A model generated the notes under the pieces. It was not told the DNA's origin. It did not search any database and saw only the letters and a program-made list of their open reading frames with translations. This document shows positions 12,397 to 24,270 of a DNA stretch of 64,000 nt, piece after piece. The stretch's first letter is position 1. Every line of letters begins with the position of its first letter. The DNA is taken from contig JBHGNT010000005.1 of assembly GCA_043228905.1 (NCBI GenBank), forward strand, positions 21,390,001-21,454,000. The letters run 5' to 3'. The translations under genes were made by a program, and so were the position numbers. Origin of the DNA: Azolla caroliniana (Eukaryota; Plantae; Polypodiophyta).

Positions 12397-15300
12397 GGCA
12401 ACTTACTTGGACATTCTTCATGAGAACTATTATGAGGTCAATGTGTGGGACCATACAGTTGTCTACCCTTTTGTTTGCAAGACTATAGCCGAAAATGGGT
12501 GTTTAACTACTCTCAAGCTAGTATTGACGACATAATCAGAATCACATGATTAATGTTAACTATAAACAAAAGAGATTTTATTACACTTAAAGACACTTAT
12601 GAAAAGAATGGAGAGTCAGGAGAATCATCAACGCCTTTTAGCTTCCATTAAGCCATGTAAACATATTACAACAATTTAAGTTAATACGAAGTCCTAAATA
12701 ATTGGGCTTAATGAGAAATTATTAAGGAGGGAGGGAAAGGTCTAAGCTCTAGCTCTAGGGGAGAATAAACTTTCAAGCATCACCAAGTTGCCTACTTACA
12801 TCATGGATCTTGAATTGATAGTGTTGATACTCGACCAAAAGAAGCATGGGAAAAAGGCAAAGGTGTTTGTCATGGATTCAAAATCATGAAGGTAAGATTA
12901 TGGAAGCTCAAGTGCATGCATTCACATGCCCAATATTTGGCATTTTGTAGGGCCGCAATTTAGACCAAACATGTTCCATCTTATGGAAGGCCCTTGGAGG
13001 AGAATAAAGAGGAAGAAGAAACATAAGGAGACTCCAATGTAGGGATCCAAAATGTGGAGGCAATTGGTGATGAAATCTTTCATAATCAACAACATATTGT
13101 CCAAGATGTGTATATAGTTGTGGTGACAAGCCTACAACGATGTGTATTTCTTGCCTACCCAACATAAAGTCATTGCACGTCCAACTTAAGAATGAGCCTT
13201 ACATTACAAGGCTAGTACTTAAAGAGGAAGAGTATTCATTCAAGGTACTTCAAGATTTTGAATACTAGGTGAGATTCTAAGCTACTTTTACATATTTGCA
13301 TTGTTGTCCTATTGGAAAATACATGTCCCTAGTTTGATGGCTAAAAAGCATGAATGAGCTTAAGATTGAGGCATCAATAATAATATTTGAGCCTAAGGAC
13401 ACTAATCTAACATTTGAAAAATGATAGCAAGCTTACTTGAGTTCAATTTGCCAAGGACAATAGAGACTTAAAGAGTATTGATATAGAAGTTACATGGGCC
13501 ACACCAACAGTAGATCATGGAGAGGATTTGTCTTGGGGGAGCGAAATGTGGCACCTGATCACTACCACACCAACCATGTTTAGGCACCATGTCCCCTCAC
13601 CACGACATCTCCACCATGCTAGCCAACTTCAAAGACCATGTCCCCTCAATGATATTCATCTCATACATAATTATAGTTAATGCACTTGATTCTTGTAAAA
13701 CCATGTTAAGGGTCAAGAAGGATTAACTCACCTCTTGCTTTTAGATCATTATGATGCATATGTAGGAAACCTATAAAGTTTAGTTTTCAATATAGATAGC
13801 TTAAACTTTATATGTCTCATAAGCCAATTTCAACCTCTAGTAGGCATTAAATTGGATTATGCCTTCATGCTATCCTTAGGCTATTGTGGCCAATTTCCTA
13901 ATTCACCAAATTCGTTTTGTTCCTTTCAATATTTCAATAAGAACCCATGCTCTTTAATCCTTTTGTTTGTCCAGGTCTACCTACCAATTTGGAAGGCGTT
14001 TCCAATTGCAATTTGTCTGACCTATGACTAGCCATTCTTGAGGTTGGTCTTGTTTTGATTCTACTTGTATGACTAGTGCTTTGCATTACAAGTTGTCACA
14101 AAATGGGAAGTATATTGGTCTAGTGCTCGACAATATCATGCATTTGCTCTTTTAATGATCTTGAATAAAACATCCTTTAGTGCACCAAAGGGCATTACTC
14201 ACGCATGAACTTGGGTCTCACTTGTCAGCATTTTTATCCAATACAAAAATACCCCTAAACAGTGCATTCAAAGCTTTGTAGTGTATCATTGTAATTTTGG
14301 AGTGAGACAATTTCTTCAACCCACATACGAAAGGAGTGTCACCATCATTATTCTATTGTCTAGTAACTTGACTTTTGTCGTCTACACTAGTTTGAGCTAC
14401 ATGCCACATTACTAACCTGTTCTTTCCCTTTGCATTTGACTTTTGAATGTGCATTTTGAAGGTCTATATTTATTCTTACCATTTGATAGAAGGAAGGAGG
14501 AATGCATTTACCCAAGTGAATTTGTGTATGTAAAAAAACTGTGAAGGCATTACAAGACTAGAGATAAACATAACAATATTTTAGCGTTGTCCCCTAAAAC
14601 CAATAATGAAGTCAAATGATGGTAATCCACAACAATAATCTGACATGCACCTAAGCTCAATAACAAATCAAGTTCTAATACAAATTCTAAAAGGCATTAG
14701 GTAAGATTTCATAATTACTTAATTGTATGTGTATACAACAACATTGGATATGTCAAATAGTTTTTGTCACTCTTAAAAATACTTCAACATATATAATTTT
14801 GAATTGACAATCAACAACAATTTGGACTAATCCGAACCAAATTGCATGAAACATAGCTTAAAAACTTAACTATTTAAACAATTCAATTAAGGTCTAAGAA
14901 GTTGAAAATGTTTCCATTTGGGTTAGACTTGGGGGTTCAAGGGTTCAATTCAATTGATTTGATTAGACCCTTAATCAGCTAAACCATCTACAAATTAGTT
15001 TTGAACTACATGATTTAAGGTTAAGCTTGATATTTTCTCTTTTCTAAATGTAGGATTTAAAGTTTAGGTTTACGATTTTTTTTTCCCAAGTTATGATAAA
15101 TTTTATGTTTTTTATGCTCTACATTTGGTTAATGGTTTCAACTTTAAGTCATTTAAGAAGTTAAAGAGTTATGACAATATAAAGTATCTAATTGATTATT
15201 TAATCAAAAGGTTAACCAGTTTCTTTAAAATATAATTAAGTGTTTGTTAATATAAAATATATCTTTGAAAAAATTGAGTGTCCGATCATCAATAATTTGA

Positions 15301-16739
15301 TCTGCACCGAAAGCAAACCGCAACTTAATGGCTTAATGGTTGGTAAATCTCTCAAACCATTTGGTTAAGATCTTGGAAACCCCTTTTAACGGTTTTGTTT
15401 TAATGGTTTCGATTAAAATAGTTTAGATTTAAAGGTTTTGCGATTTGATTCAGCTCAGTTTTAAGTTTCAATTGTTTAAACAGTTTGAGTTTAAGACTCC
15501 TAAACCGAACCGAAGCATTACCTATTGCTAATTTGAATATATATCAGCATTTATAAATAACAGCCTATCATACAAAAATGGCTTTGGAAAATGGTGACAA
15601 ACTCAAAGATTGAACTACAGTTATGCACGATAATAAAATAGCATAATGTGCTGATCTCAACAAAACATACAGAACTTTACCATAAGACTATGGCTAGAAG
15701 TAACAGAAATTTATTTATTGTTGCACACAATTATATTACAAGATTGGCGATACAGATCAACAATAAAAACTATTGGCCCAAGACTCAAGTTAGAGACACT
15801 TGAAGCTTGACTTCACTCACCAAAAAAATTCTCAAAGATTGATTGCTATTTGTAGCTGCTGGCTTAAAAAAGATGGATTCATATAGTGAGATGGCTTCAC
15901 CGATTTTATAGATCATAATTATGGTGGTGATGATAACAATGCCATCAAAGATGAAGATGATGGCATTGGTGAAGTTTCGTTAAAATGAGAAAAATACAGA
16001 TATGAGGAAATATGATAAAATAGTGGTCTGGAGCAAGGAACTTCTTTCTATCACATTTGCAAAGAGCACGAAGAGCATATATGCAAGGCAAGGTCGTATT
16101 ATTTGAAATAAAAACAAGAAAACATCCAAGTTCACACTCTTGTTTTAGTATTATTGCTAATGTAGGGGATCCCAAGGAATAGTACACATATTATTACTTA
16201 AGTTTTTTGTTAAAAAGCCATGAAAAAATGCATATATAATTCTATTGCTAATTGTCATTAGCATATGGGGATCCCCAGGAAATGTATGCATTGCTAAGAG
16301 AAATGCTTGGGGATGGTGATATACGAAAACATGCATGCATGTGTCTATATATATGTGTGTGTGTGAAGAATCAAAGATGTAGTAGGCAGCAAAGATGGTA
16401 AACCAAGGTGGAGAAGATGAAGTTGCTTGATAAAAACAGCAAAAGAAAACATTGATGTTTGAATAAAATGAAAGGATTGCATGAAATTAAAATGCAGGTC
16501 TAAAAAAAATGCATGGAAGTATTGTTGTGAAGATGAGTTAAGCCAGGCCTTTTCTTCTGTTTGGATCCAAACACATTTTTAGTATGTTTTTTCGATTGAT
16601 GATGCCTTCATGCAGGTTTAGAGCCCCGGGAGGTCTTGGATTCATCAGCATTTCACATTGGTATCAATGTATTTGCATTTGATGTTCCGAATGAATGAAC
16701 CAAAAGACGGAGAAAAGAAAGGCGCGGAGGAGAAATGAA

Positions 16740-17762
16740 TTACCCGGACGCAGGAGAGATCGGGGGTGGAGGCGGAGGGCTAGCAGTGGTACTACTAGTT
16801 GTAGGTGTCGAAGAACTGCTGCTCGGTAGGAATTTAACAAGAAGCGTAGACACGACAATAATGATGATAATCAGTAGGATAATGATGCCGATGCAAGTCC
16901 ATTTCCTTGTGTTTCTTTGATGCTCTTTCGCAACAACCAGCTGTTCCGTACCCTTCTCTACGAATGAAGAAGCCTTTAGAACCGATGCCTCGATACTGTT
17001 CAGCTGTTCTCCCTGGGATTCGACAAGCACCGACATATCCAGAAAGATCTGATGAAGGTCCACCAGGCTCTTTTCCACTTCTTTCACGGCATCGTGCCTC
17101 TCCTGTATCTCCTTGATCGCTTCGATGATGTTACCCCGGCCTTGCTCTTGCACCGCCTTCTGCAAGAAGCTCTCGCTCTCTCCCGTGTCGATCATCCGAT
17201 CCAATGTCTCCTCATCCACTTTCTCACCTGTGATTGTGTAATACCGCCTCTCGATTGTCTCCCGATACTCCGAAACCATAGATTTCCTCAAGGCTTGGAA
17301 ATCTTGCATTAGGTCTTTCAAAGTGGTTCTTAGGCCATTGGTTATTGACATCCGGGTTCGATCGGTCGAGGTCCCTTCTTCACACCCCGGTATCCTCCGA
17401 TTGTTCAAATTTGCTCGATCGAGATCCTCGAGCTTCGATTTGATCAGTTTTGTTTCTCTGAGAATCTCTCGGATGTGTTTATCCATCCGATCCCGTAGAT
17501 CTTTCATGGCTTGAGCTTTTGTGATGGTTTTGCTCTCTTCATTAGCGACTTGAAGAAAGGAGAGAAGCTTTCTTACCTTGTCCATCTCATCTTTGATCTT
17601 CTTTACTTCTTCGAAGAAATGGTCGAGATTAGGTGCCGGCCCAGTCCCCGTGCTCATCTCTGTCTCCCTCCCTTCTTCTATGTCGCTCATCTTGTTTCTC
17701 TTCAGGTCCACATAACTGCTCCCACTCAGATCTGAGAACTTCTTGGACAGAAGGTTGAACAT
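16740..17762 (-). CDS. SYP1: Qa-SNARE syntaxin, plant SYP1 family (SYP11/KNOLLE- or SYP12-like), intronless, 340 aa
   Basis: Starts at the ATG at 17762 (MFNLLSKKF). Habc region NLDHFFEEV...EYRETIERRYYTITGE; SNARE motif EIQERHDAVKEVEKSLVDLHQIFLDMSVLVESQGEQL; TM helix RKWTCIGIIILLIIIIIVV; Ser/Pro-rich tail. Confidence 0.97.
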   Translation of the reverse strand: MFNLLSKKFSDLSGSSYVDLKRNKMSDIEEGRETEMSTGTGPAPNLDHFFEEVKKIKDEMDKVRKLLSFLQVANEESKTITKAQAMKDLRDRMDKHIREILRETKLIKSKLEDLDRANLNNRRIPGCEEGTSTDRTRMSITNGLRTTLKDLMQDFQALRKSMVSEYRETIERRYYTITGEKVDEETLDRMIDTGESESFLQKAVQEQGRGNIIEAIKEIQERHDAVKEVEKSLVDLHQIFLDMSVLVESQGEQLNSIEASVLKASSFVEKGTEQLVVAKEHQRNTRKWTCIGIIILLIIIIIVVSTLLVKFLPSSSSSTPTTSSTTASPPPPPPISPASG

Positions 17763-17821
17763 AGCTACAGAACGATCCAAAAGGACGAAAAAATATCACA
17801 GGGCAAGAGTTAGGATTAGGC

Positions 17822-17869
17822 CTTTTATAGCAAACTGGTGAAACCTATTAGGGTTAGGGTTAGGGTTTG
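17822..17869 (-). promoter_or_regulatory. Syntaxin core promoter: TATA box plus telo-box repeats
   Basis: Minus-strand CTATAAAAG (~17822-17830) about 65 nt upstream of the ATG; AAACCCTAACCCTAACCCTAA at ~17848-17869. Confidence 0.6.
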
Positions 17870-18233
17870 CAAGCCAACAAAAAAATAATTATAAAGACAC
17901 AGGCAGGAGAGGAAAACAAATCAGAGTAATGTTCCGAAGATTTGGTCTGTAGATAAAAGAGACCATTGACTTTTTCTACTTTGAAAAGTCAAAAAAGTCC
18001 AGACTCATGGACCGAATGGCACGGAAACGGGAAATGATCCTGAGGCGAAGGAATTCTTTTACAGTCCAGCTAACTTGTATATGTGTTCCTCTGTATTCGA
18101 TCAAGTGCGTACATGTTTCGTGCCAAATGTTGGTTGTGTGTGTGTGTGTGAATGCATGTTTGTATTTGGTCATAGGCGTTATGCACACACAGTTCATTAG
18201 AATTAGTAATACATATGGACTCTCCAAATCAAA

Positions 18234-18313
18234 GTCAGGATGGCCGAGCGGTCTAAGGCGCCAGTTTCAGGTAGTGGTCCAAAACGGCGTGGGTTCAAAT
18301 CCCACTCCTGACA
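18234..18313 (+). tRNA. trnL-CAG: tRNA-Leu(CAG), possibly decaying
   Basis: Acceptor stem GTCAGGA / TCCTGAC-A; A box TGGCCGAGCGG; anticodon loop TT-CAG-GT; variable arm; T arm GTGGG-TTCAAAT-CCCAC. One G-G mismatch in the anticodon stem and no immediate T4 terminator. Confidence 0.9.
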
Positions 18314-18719
18314 CGTTTGCTCCAATTGTCTCATGGGCCAATTTTTAATATATCTTTCTTTCTATGTGCAAATGTCTATGCATATGTCCATGTCGGCGTT
18401 ATGTGCACACAATTTGTTAGAATTAGCAATACATATCGTTCTAGTGATCAACCCATGGGATGGATATATTTTAAGGTATATCTACCCTTGTTTGTTGTCA
18501 ATAGTACACATAGAACTAGACATGGCACGAATGCTCGACAATGCTATACTACAACTTGCAAAGAGTTAGTCCATGGTTTTCTCCATAATGCAAAACACCT
18601 AGCAGAAAGAATGGCAAATAATCACATGTTGAATTCAAGAGAGTGTGAAAAGACAATTATAGATTATACAATGAGTATGAAATTCAAACTTTGCATGGTA
18701 CACTATAACAATGTTTCCA

Positions 18720-20050
18720 CATAGCCAATTAAATCAACCACCCAACAAGCATGAGTTTTCCTCGTGCCATTAAATCTAGAGTGTTCACAAGTCCCCCAAC
18801 TAGTAATTTTCCCTACTGTGTCCTATTTATAGCCATATATTTATCCATCTATGTACCTATGTTTAGGGGCTATATCCACATAGTTTGTGTAGGCATCTAC
18901 ATTTTAATTGTGTAGCAAACCTATCTCTCACCTAATGGGCATGCCATGTTTGGGGCTTTTTAGTTCTTGTAGGTTAGTGAGTTCACATGTTAGCGAGTAA
19001 GGAATAGTGTATTAGTGATTCCTCATTTTGCTTAGATAGCAAAATAATTCTTTTACCACTTCCCAATTCATCTTACTAGAATTTTACAACAATATGCTAA
19101 TCAACCAAATTGGGAACACAATACCAAGTCTAGTGTCTGCCATGGCATACATGAAGCTTCTGCCAATGGATGAGTATGGATCTTTTCGCATTTATTCTCA
19201 TTCAAATTACATTATATGTCGTCCTCTTCACCCAATCTCTTGCAGAAAAGCTTTGGCATATTGGGAGGCTTGGTTCTATTCATATGGATTTGCTAGAGCC
19301 CTTTGGTTATCAACACACCTTGAGATAGGTGAATCTATTGGTTCTTCCCATCCCAAGAGTCAGAACTTTCACAACCCTAATATATGCAATGCCTCTTCTA
19401 GGTCCTTCATGTCAAACTTTTGGTTCAACTTCTGCTTCAAAGCCCGAATATCTTTCTTTGATTACCCCGCAATTAGCATACAATCCACATATGGGTTGAG
19501 GAGGATTGAACTGTTGTTTGCACTCTTATGTAATGTATCACAAGGAATCCTCTTTGTTGCAAAATAATTGTTTAAACTTCATCGATCAAGTTAACTATTA
19601 GTACCATTACAAGGATATTCATTTTCAATTTGTATGAACTCTTCCAGTGCTAACATATAATTTCCTCCTTTCCCAATTATATGTGGTCAACTAGTTATTC
19701 CACATGAATTATCTCCTCAAGATCCCATTGCAAGAATGTGATTTTCACATGCATATGGTATAAATTTCGTAGGTCCTCCTTTGTCACAATTGCAAGTCGC
19801 ATTTCTAACATTGCCAAATTTACCAATGAGGAAAAAATTACTACTACTTGAAATCCTTGTTGTTCATTGGATTCTAGATTCAGGATATTGAATCCTTACT
19901 TCAATTAGTAGCTCTATTTATAGAGCAAAATCAACTATTAGCCCTTACCATTTACGCTATGCTAATTATTGTTTTGATCTTGTCCTTGTAGTTTCTCTAA
20001 TATTCACTTCAAAATTTTCCCCATTTACACCCACTACATCATCACATCCA
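18720..20050 (-). mobile_element. Highly degenerate Gypsy-like gag-pol remnant
   Basis: Only weak, broken RT-like residues (DG..GY-like near 18830-18900) on the minus strand; no intact ORF. Confidence 0.3.
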
Positions 20051-20396
20051 CCTTGTTAGAGTTAAATACTAATGTAAGCATGAGATAAGGAAATATATTA
20101 AAAGAAAATAGAGAAAAAAGAGAAACAAGGGTGCCAATCCACCCAACCACCCCCGAGCGAAGGGTCGAGAGGGACTCGATTGGCGTCCCATACCAACATC
20201 ATGGCATCGAGCCATACATAATACTAACACACTCACTACAAGAGTTTAGTTGCCACAAGGCAGTGTCACGAACATGACAATGGTCATGTCATGATTCGAA
20301 CTCATGACCTCTTTTGTTATAATCAAGTGGCATGTGTTAACCAACATGTCCAATATACAATCATATACATTATGGCATAATTTCCCCTTGTACTTT

Positions 20397-22320
20397 TGTT
20401 GAGAAACAAGCTCAACAAATGTATGTGTTGCTTATTGAGAAATAAGCTATAGTAGCTATTAGCTATTAGCTAATTAGCTACTAGTGGACATAAAGGTGAA
20501 ACAACTATTTAGCTATGCACAACTATTTAGCTACAGACAGCTAATTAGCTACATATATAAGTCACTTATATACTTAGGTAAAAAGTAAGTGTAGTAAGAG
20601 TAAGAGTGAGAGTAGAGTAGAGAAGAAAGAATAGAAAACAGACGAGAGCAAGTTGAGCTCTGCGTGTAATGAGATAGAAGCTTTTTGGACTGTGCAGAGG
20701 TAAGGCTCCTTCTCCTTCCCCTTTTTGTCTTGAGCGCTAAACGATCCCGCACATCACGATCTGTTATGCACACAGAATAGCCATAGTGCCTTCGTAACAT
20801 GGTATCAAAGCAGAGTTGCTTGTAAAGAAGATTAGAATAGTACAGATCTGAGAAAGGTTGTTTCTCTATTTGCTAATCTGAATAAGAGAGTTGCTTGTTG
20901 AAGTAATTGTAACAAAAGCCCTAATTTGGAAGAGAAAATGGCTACAGAAAATGGAAGCCAAATAGTCGCAGAAAAATTAGATAAAAACAATTTCCCGCTA
21001 TGGAAATTCAGAATGACAAATTTCCTGATGGGAAAAGGATACTAGGATTACATTGAAGGAGACCTAGAAGAGGCTCCAGAGATCCCTGAGGAAAATGCAA
21101 CTGCTGCATAGATCAAAGCATTTAATGAATGGAATCAAGGGGCAAGGAAAGTATTGCATTGGCTCTCACTTAGCATCTCAAATTCGATGCTTGGACACAT
21201 ACAGGATGTTATGCTTCCAAAAGAAGCTTGGGACAGTTCAGTAAAACTGTTTGCAATGAACACAAAGGCTAGAAAGCTTCAGTTGAAGACTGAGCTAAAT
21301 ACCTTAGAAAAAGGTAAAATTTCAGTGAATGAGTATGCTCTGAAAATAAAGAGGATATGTGAATCACTTGCTTCTATCAATGTGAAGGTAGAAGATGATG
21401 ATAAGGTGGAAATATGCTTAAGAGGTTTAGGACCTCAATATAAAAGCTTCAAAACATCTATTCTCACAAGGGATAGCATCCTAAGTTTTCCAGATTTGGT
21501 TTCAATGCTTGTAGTGGAAGAAAGAAATCAGATGGATGATGTAAAAAAAGGAAACTCTAAGACTGAGGGGCAAGCCCTCTACAATAGTGCTGGAAGAGGC
21601 CGAGGAAGAGGCCATGGAAGATTTGGTTCAGCTAGAACCAACAATAACAATCGAGGAAGAGGACAACAAGCTACAAGTGGAAGAAACAACATCTGAGGCA
21701 GGGGGAGCAATCGAGATAGAGGTAAGCAAACTTATTTGAATGATGATGGCTGTTGGTATTGTGGAAAACCAGGCCATACATAGGTTGAATGCTATAAAAA
21801 GCAAAATGATGGAAAAAGAGGGAAGAGACAACAAAATAATTATGCCTCAACTAGTGAAGACTGTGATAAAGATGGTGCATTTGTGGTGCAACATGAAACA
21901 ACAGCAATGGCTGAATGTTCACAGAGATGCAATGAAGAGTTTATGTGGTATGTAGATTCTAGGGCATCTAATCATATGACAGGACATAAAAATTGGTTTG
22001 AAAGTCTAAGAGAACTAGAGATTCCCGCTTATGTACAAACAGGTGATAACACCACCCATACAATCGAGCATGTTCGAGATATCCCATTGTGGGAAGAAAA
22101 AGGAAAAACAAAGTATATGCTGAATGTGATGCATATTCCAAACCTTGCAAAAAATCTGATTTCTGTTGGACAGATAGTGGAGCAAGGAATGCAAGTGAAG
22201 TTTAAGCAAAGTGGATGCTTCATAGAGAAAAATGGAAAGCTCATTGCAAAAGGAAAACGACAAGGAAGAATGTTTGTGTTAGATGTGGATATGCCTAAAA
22301 AGATTACAACCATGTTTGCT
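20397..22320 (+). mobile_element. 5' part of a Ty1/Copia retrotransposon (LTR, PBS, gag, protease), 3'-truncated
   Basis: LTR ~20397-20799 (TG..CA); PBS TGGTATCAAAGC at 20800-20811; gag from the ATG at 20938 (KLDKNNFPLWKFRM) with premature stops; zinc knuckle CWYCGKPGH; protease WYVDSRASNHM; NLISVGQ motif. Confidence 0.92.
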
Positions 22321-24270
22321 TTTGAGTTCTGCTTCTTTGCCCGCGGCTTGCGCTTGTACCCGGCCCAGTGTTTCGTTCTACTCGTGTATCCTTTGGTCGG
22401 CCTGGGCTCTAATCTCGGCCATCTGTTTGGAAGCTTCTTCTTTTAAGCGAGCCATGGCCTCTTGATGCCGTTGTTTGTGTCTCTCGGTCCGCCGTTGTTC
22501 TTCTTTAAGCTCCGCTCGGTAATCCCGGAGCGGGGGTTCTGTCTGGGTTGCCACCTCCTTGGGTGGACGAGGGGGTGGTGTCTCGGTCTTCTCCATGGGC
22601 GTGGCCGCCTCGGTTGTTGTGCAGGCATTGACCATTTGTAACGAGTCCGTTAGTGTGCTAGCCTGGATCGTCAGGATTGAATCCGTGACGATGCTTTCAT
22701 CTATCATTGTTATGCGTGGAGGGGTTGGGAGGGCCTCGGTGGTCGTGGCCGGAAGGCTCAAGAGTTGTTGTTCTGGCCGGTTTTGCTCCCAAGCTGCCAG
22801 TTTCCGTTTCGCAGCGTGCCATAATTCCGTAGCCACCTTAGCTTGTTTTTGGGTTGTTTTTATCTTTCGGGCCATCTCTTTGGCTGCCCGCGTAGTGCGA
22901 TCCAAGTCCCTATATGCCTCGATGAGGGCCATGTTCAACTCGGGGACCTTCATGTGGAGGGCGGCCTGTTTTGCCTGCTTCTTCCTCCCTATTTTTTGTA
23001 AAGCGTTGTCGTCCTTGGGCTCAATTTCACCTAATAGCGCGCGTTGAATCATTTTTGTTTCGGCGTGCTCTTCCGCCATTCGAGCGGCTGCCACGACTTG
23101 GGCTCTGGCGAGGAAGTTGACCAGCTCGAATGTCGTATCGAGGCGTAGGAGCGCACTAAATTCGTATGCCTCCACGGGGAGGTCTTTATAACCAAGGACT
23201 TCATCCTCCGAGATCTGCGTTGTCTGCCCATGCTCGATCTTTCCTTGGTTCAGCGATGCCTCCTCAGGGATAATGGCTAGGTTTCTCTGGCTGACAACTA
23301 AGGCTTGCTCCTGTTGTGGCTCTTTCTGTTCTGCTGAGGACTCGCGGTTGAGTCGTCTTTTCTTGCTCGGCTGGGTTTGGGGTTCCGGGGCCGGTGGTGT
23401 CGTTTCCTCTGCATGCTTCCTTTTCTGGGGTCATGGTGGTGCTGCCTACTGTGTGTTGGGGCGTGGGCTAGGCTCTGGGGGAGTTACAGAGGGACGCAGC
23501 GTTGGCTGTCGAATGGTGACATCGTTTGCCGTGTTTTCCTCCGTGGCTATCTCCTCCTCCCATTCTTGGCAGGTCTTGGAAACTGCCCTTTTTTGTTGGG
23601 GTTGGGTGGGTGGTGGTGCCGATGCAGGGTTTTGGTCGGCGGTAGGAGGTGAAGGCAGTGTGGGCTCCTCCCATGCTTTGTGGCTGATGGCAACCAATTT
23701 CTCTCTCTGCCTTCGTGGTGGTGGTGGGGACGTGAGTGTCCGAGGGGAAGGAAGAGAAGAGGGTGGGTATAGAACCATCAAAAAGTGGGTAAGAACAGAC
23801 AACATCTTCTTACCTGACTGGAATGAGGCTAAGGCGGCGCGAAGTCCTTCGCCTGTGATGATTCCCCAATCGACTATGTTTCCTTCATACGTGCTGATGA
23901 TGATGGCTGCCTTGTTCTGCGGCATGCTCGTCGAGTTTGTATGCACGAATGCATACTCCATCAATATACGAGCAATCTCCCCGAAAGCTCTGTTGGGCCC
24001 GCCATACGTGCGATATGCCTTCCCTGAGGCTGAGTACTCACCGAAGTACTCTTTCAGCTTCGATGCCGGGGGTATGTCGACCTCATGGTCCCCTCCCCAT
24101 TGCAGGTCCAAAGCAGCCTGAAGCACATTGTTGGTGATGGCTTCGGGACAAATACGTCTAGCCACTCCTTGGGCATCCGGGTGCGCGGGGGCATCAATGA
24201 TCTTTAGGTGACCGCCCATTCCTCGTTCCTGGAGCTAGGCGCGGGTTTCTGTTGAAGCGGTAAGAGGCAT
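22321..24270 (-). pseudogene. Extra 3' sense ORF of the Athila-like element (plant transposon protein-like N-terminus, Pro-rich linker, coiled coil)
   Basis: ORF pieces 23446-24219 and 22378-23175 lie downstream of integrase on the same strand; motif VDWGII...VLTHFL; truncated at 22321. Confidence 0.65.

Noticed and set aside
11870-13500. Possible ancient Copia remnant
   Set aside because: Only scattered, broken motifs; boundaries and identity cannot be supported.
14820-15525. AAACCG/GGTTT-rich MITE-like segment
   Set aside because: No clear terminal inverted repeats or TSD could be defined by eye.
17848-17869. Interstitial TTAGGG telomere remnant (also ~1686 and ~62265)
   Set aside because: Only 2-3 units, better explained as promoter telo-boxes.
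18007-18348. 113-aa ORF over the tRNA
   Set aside because: An incidental frame across the tRNA and a (TG)n repeat.
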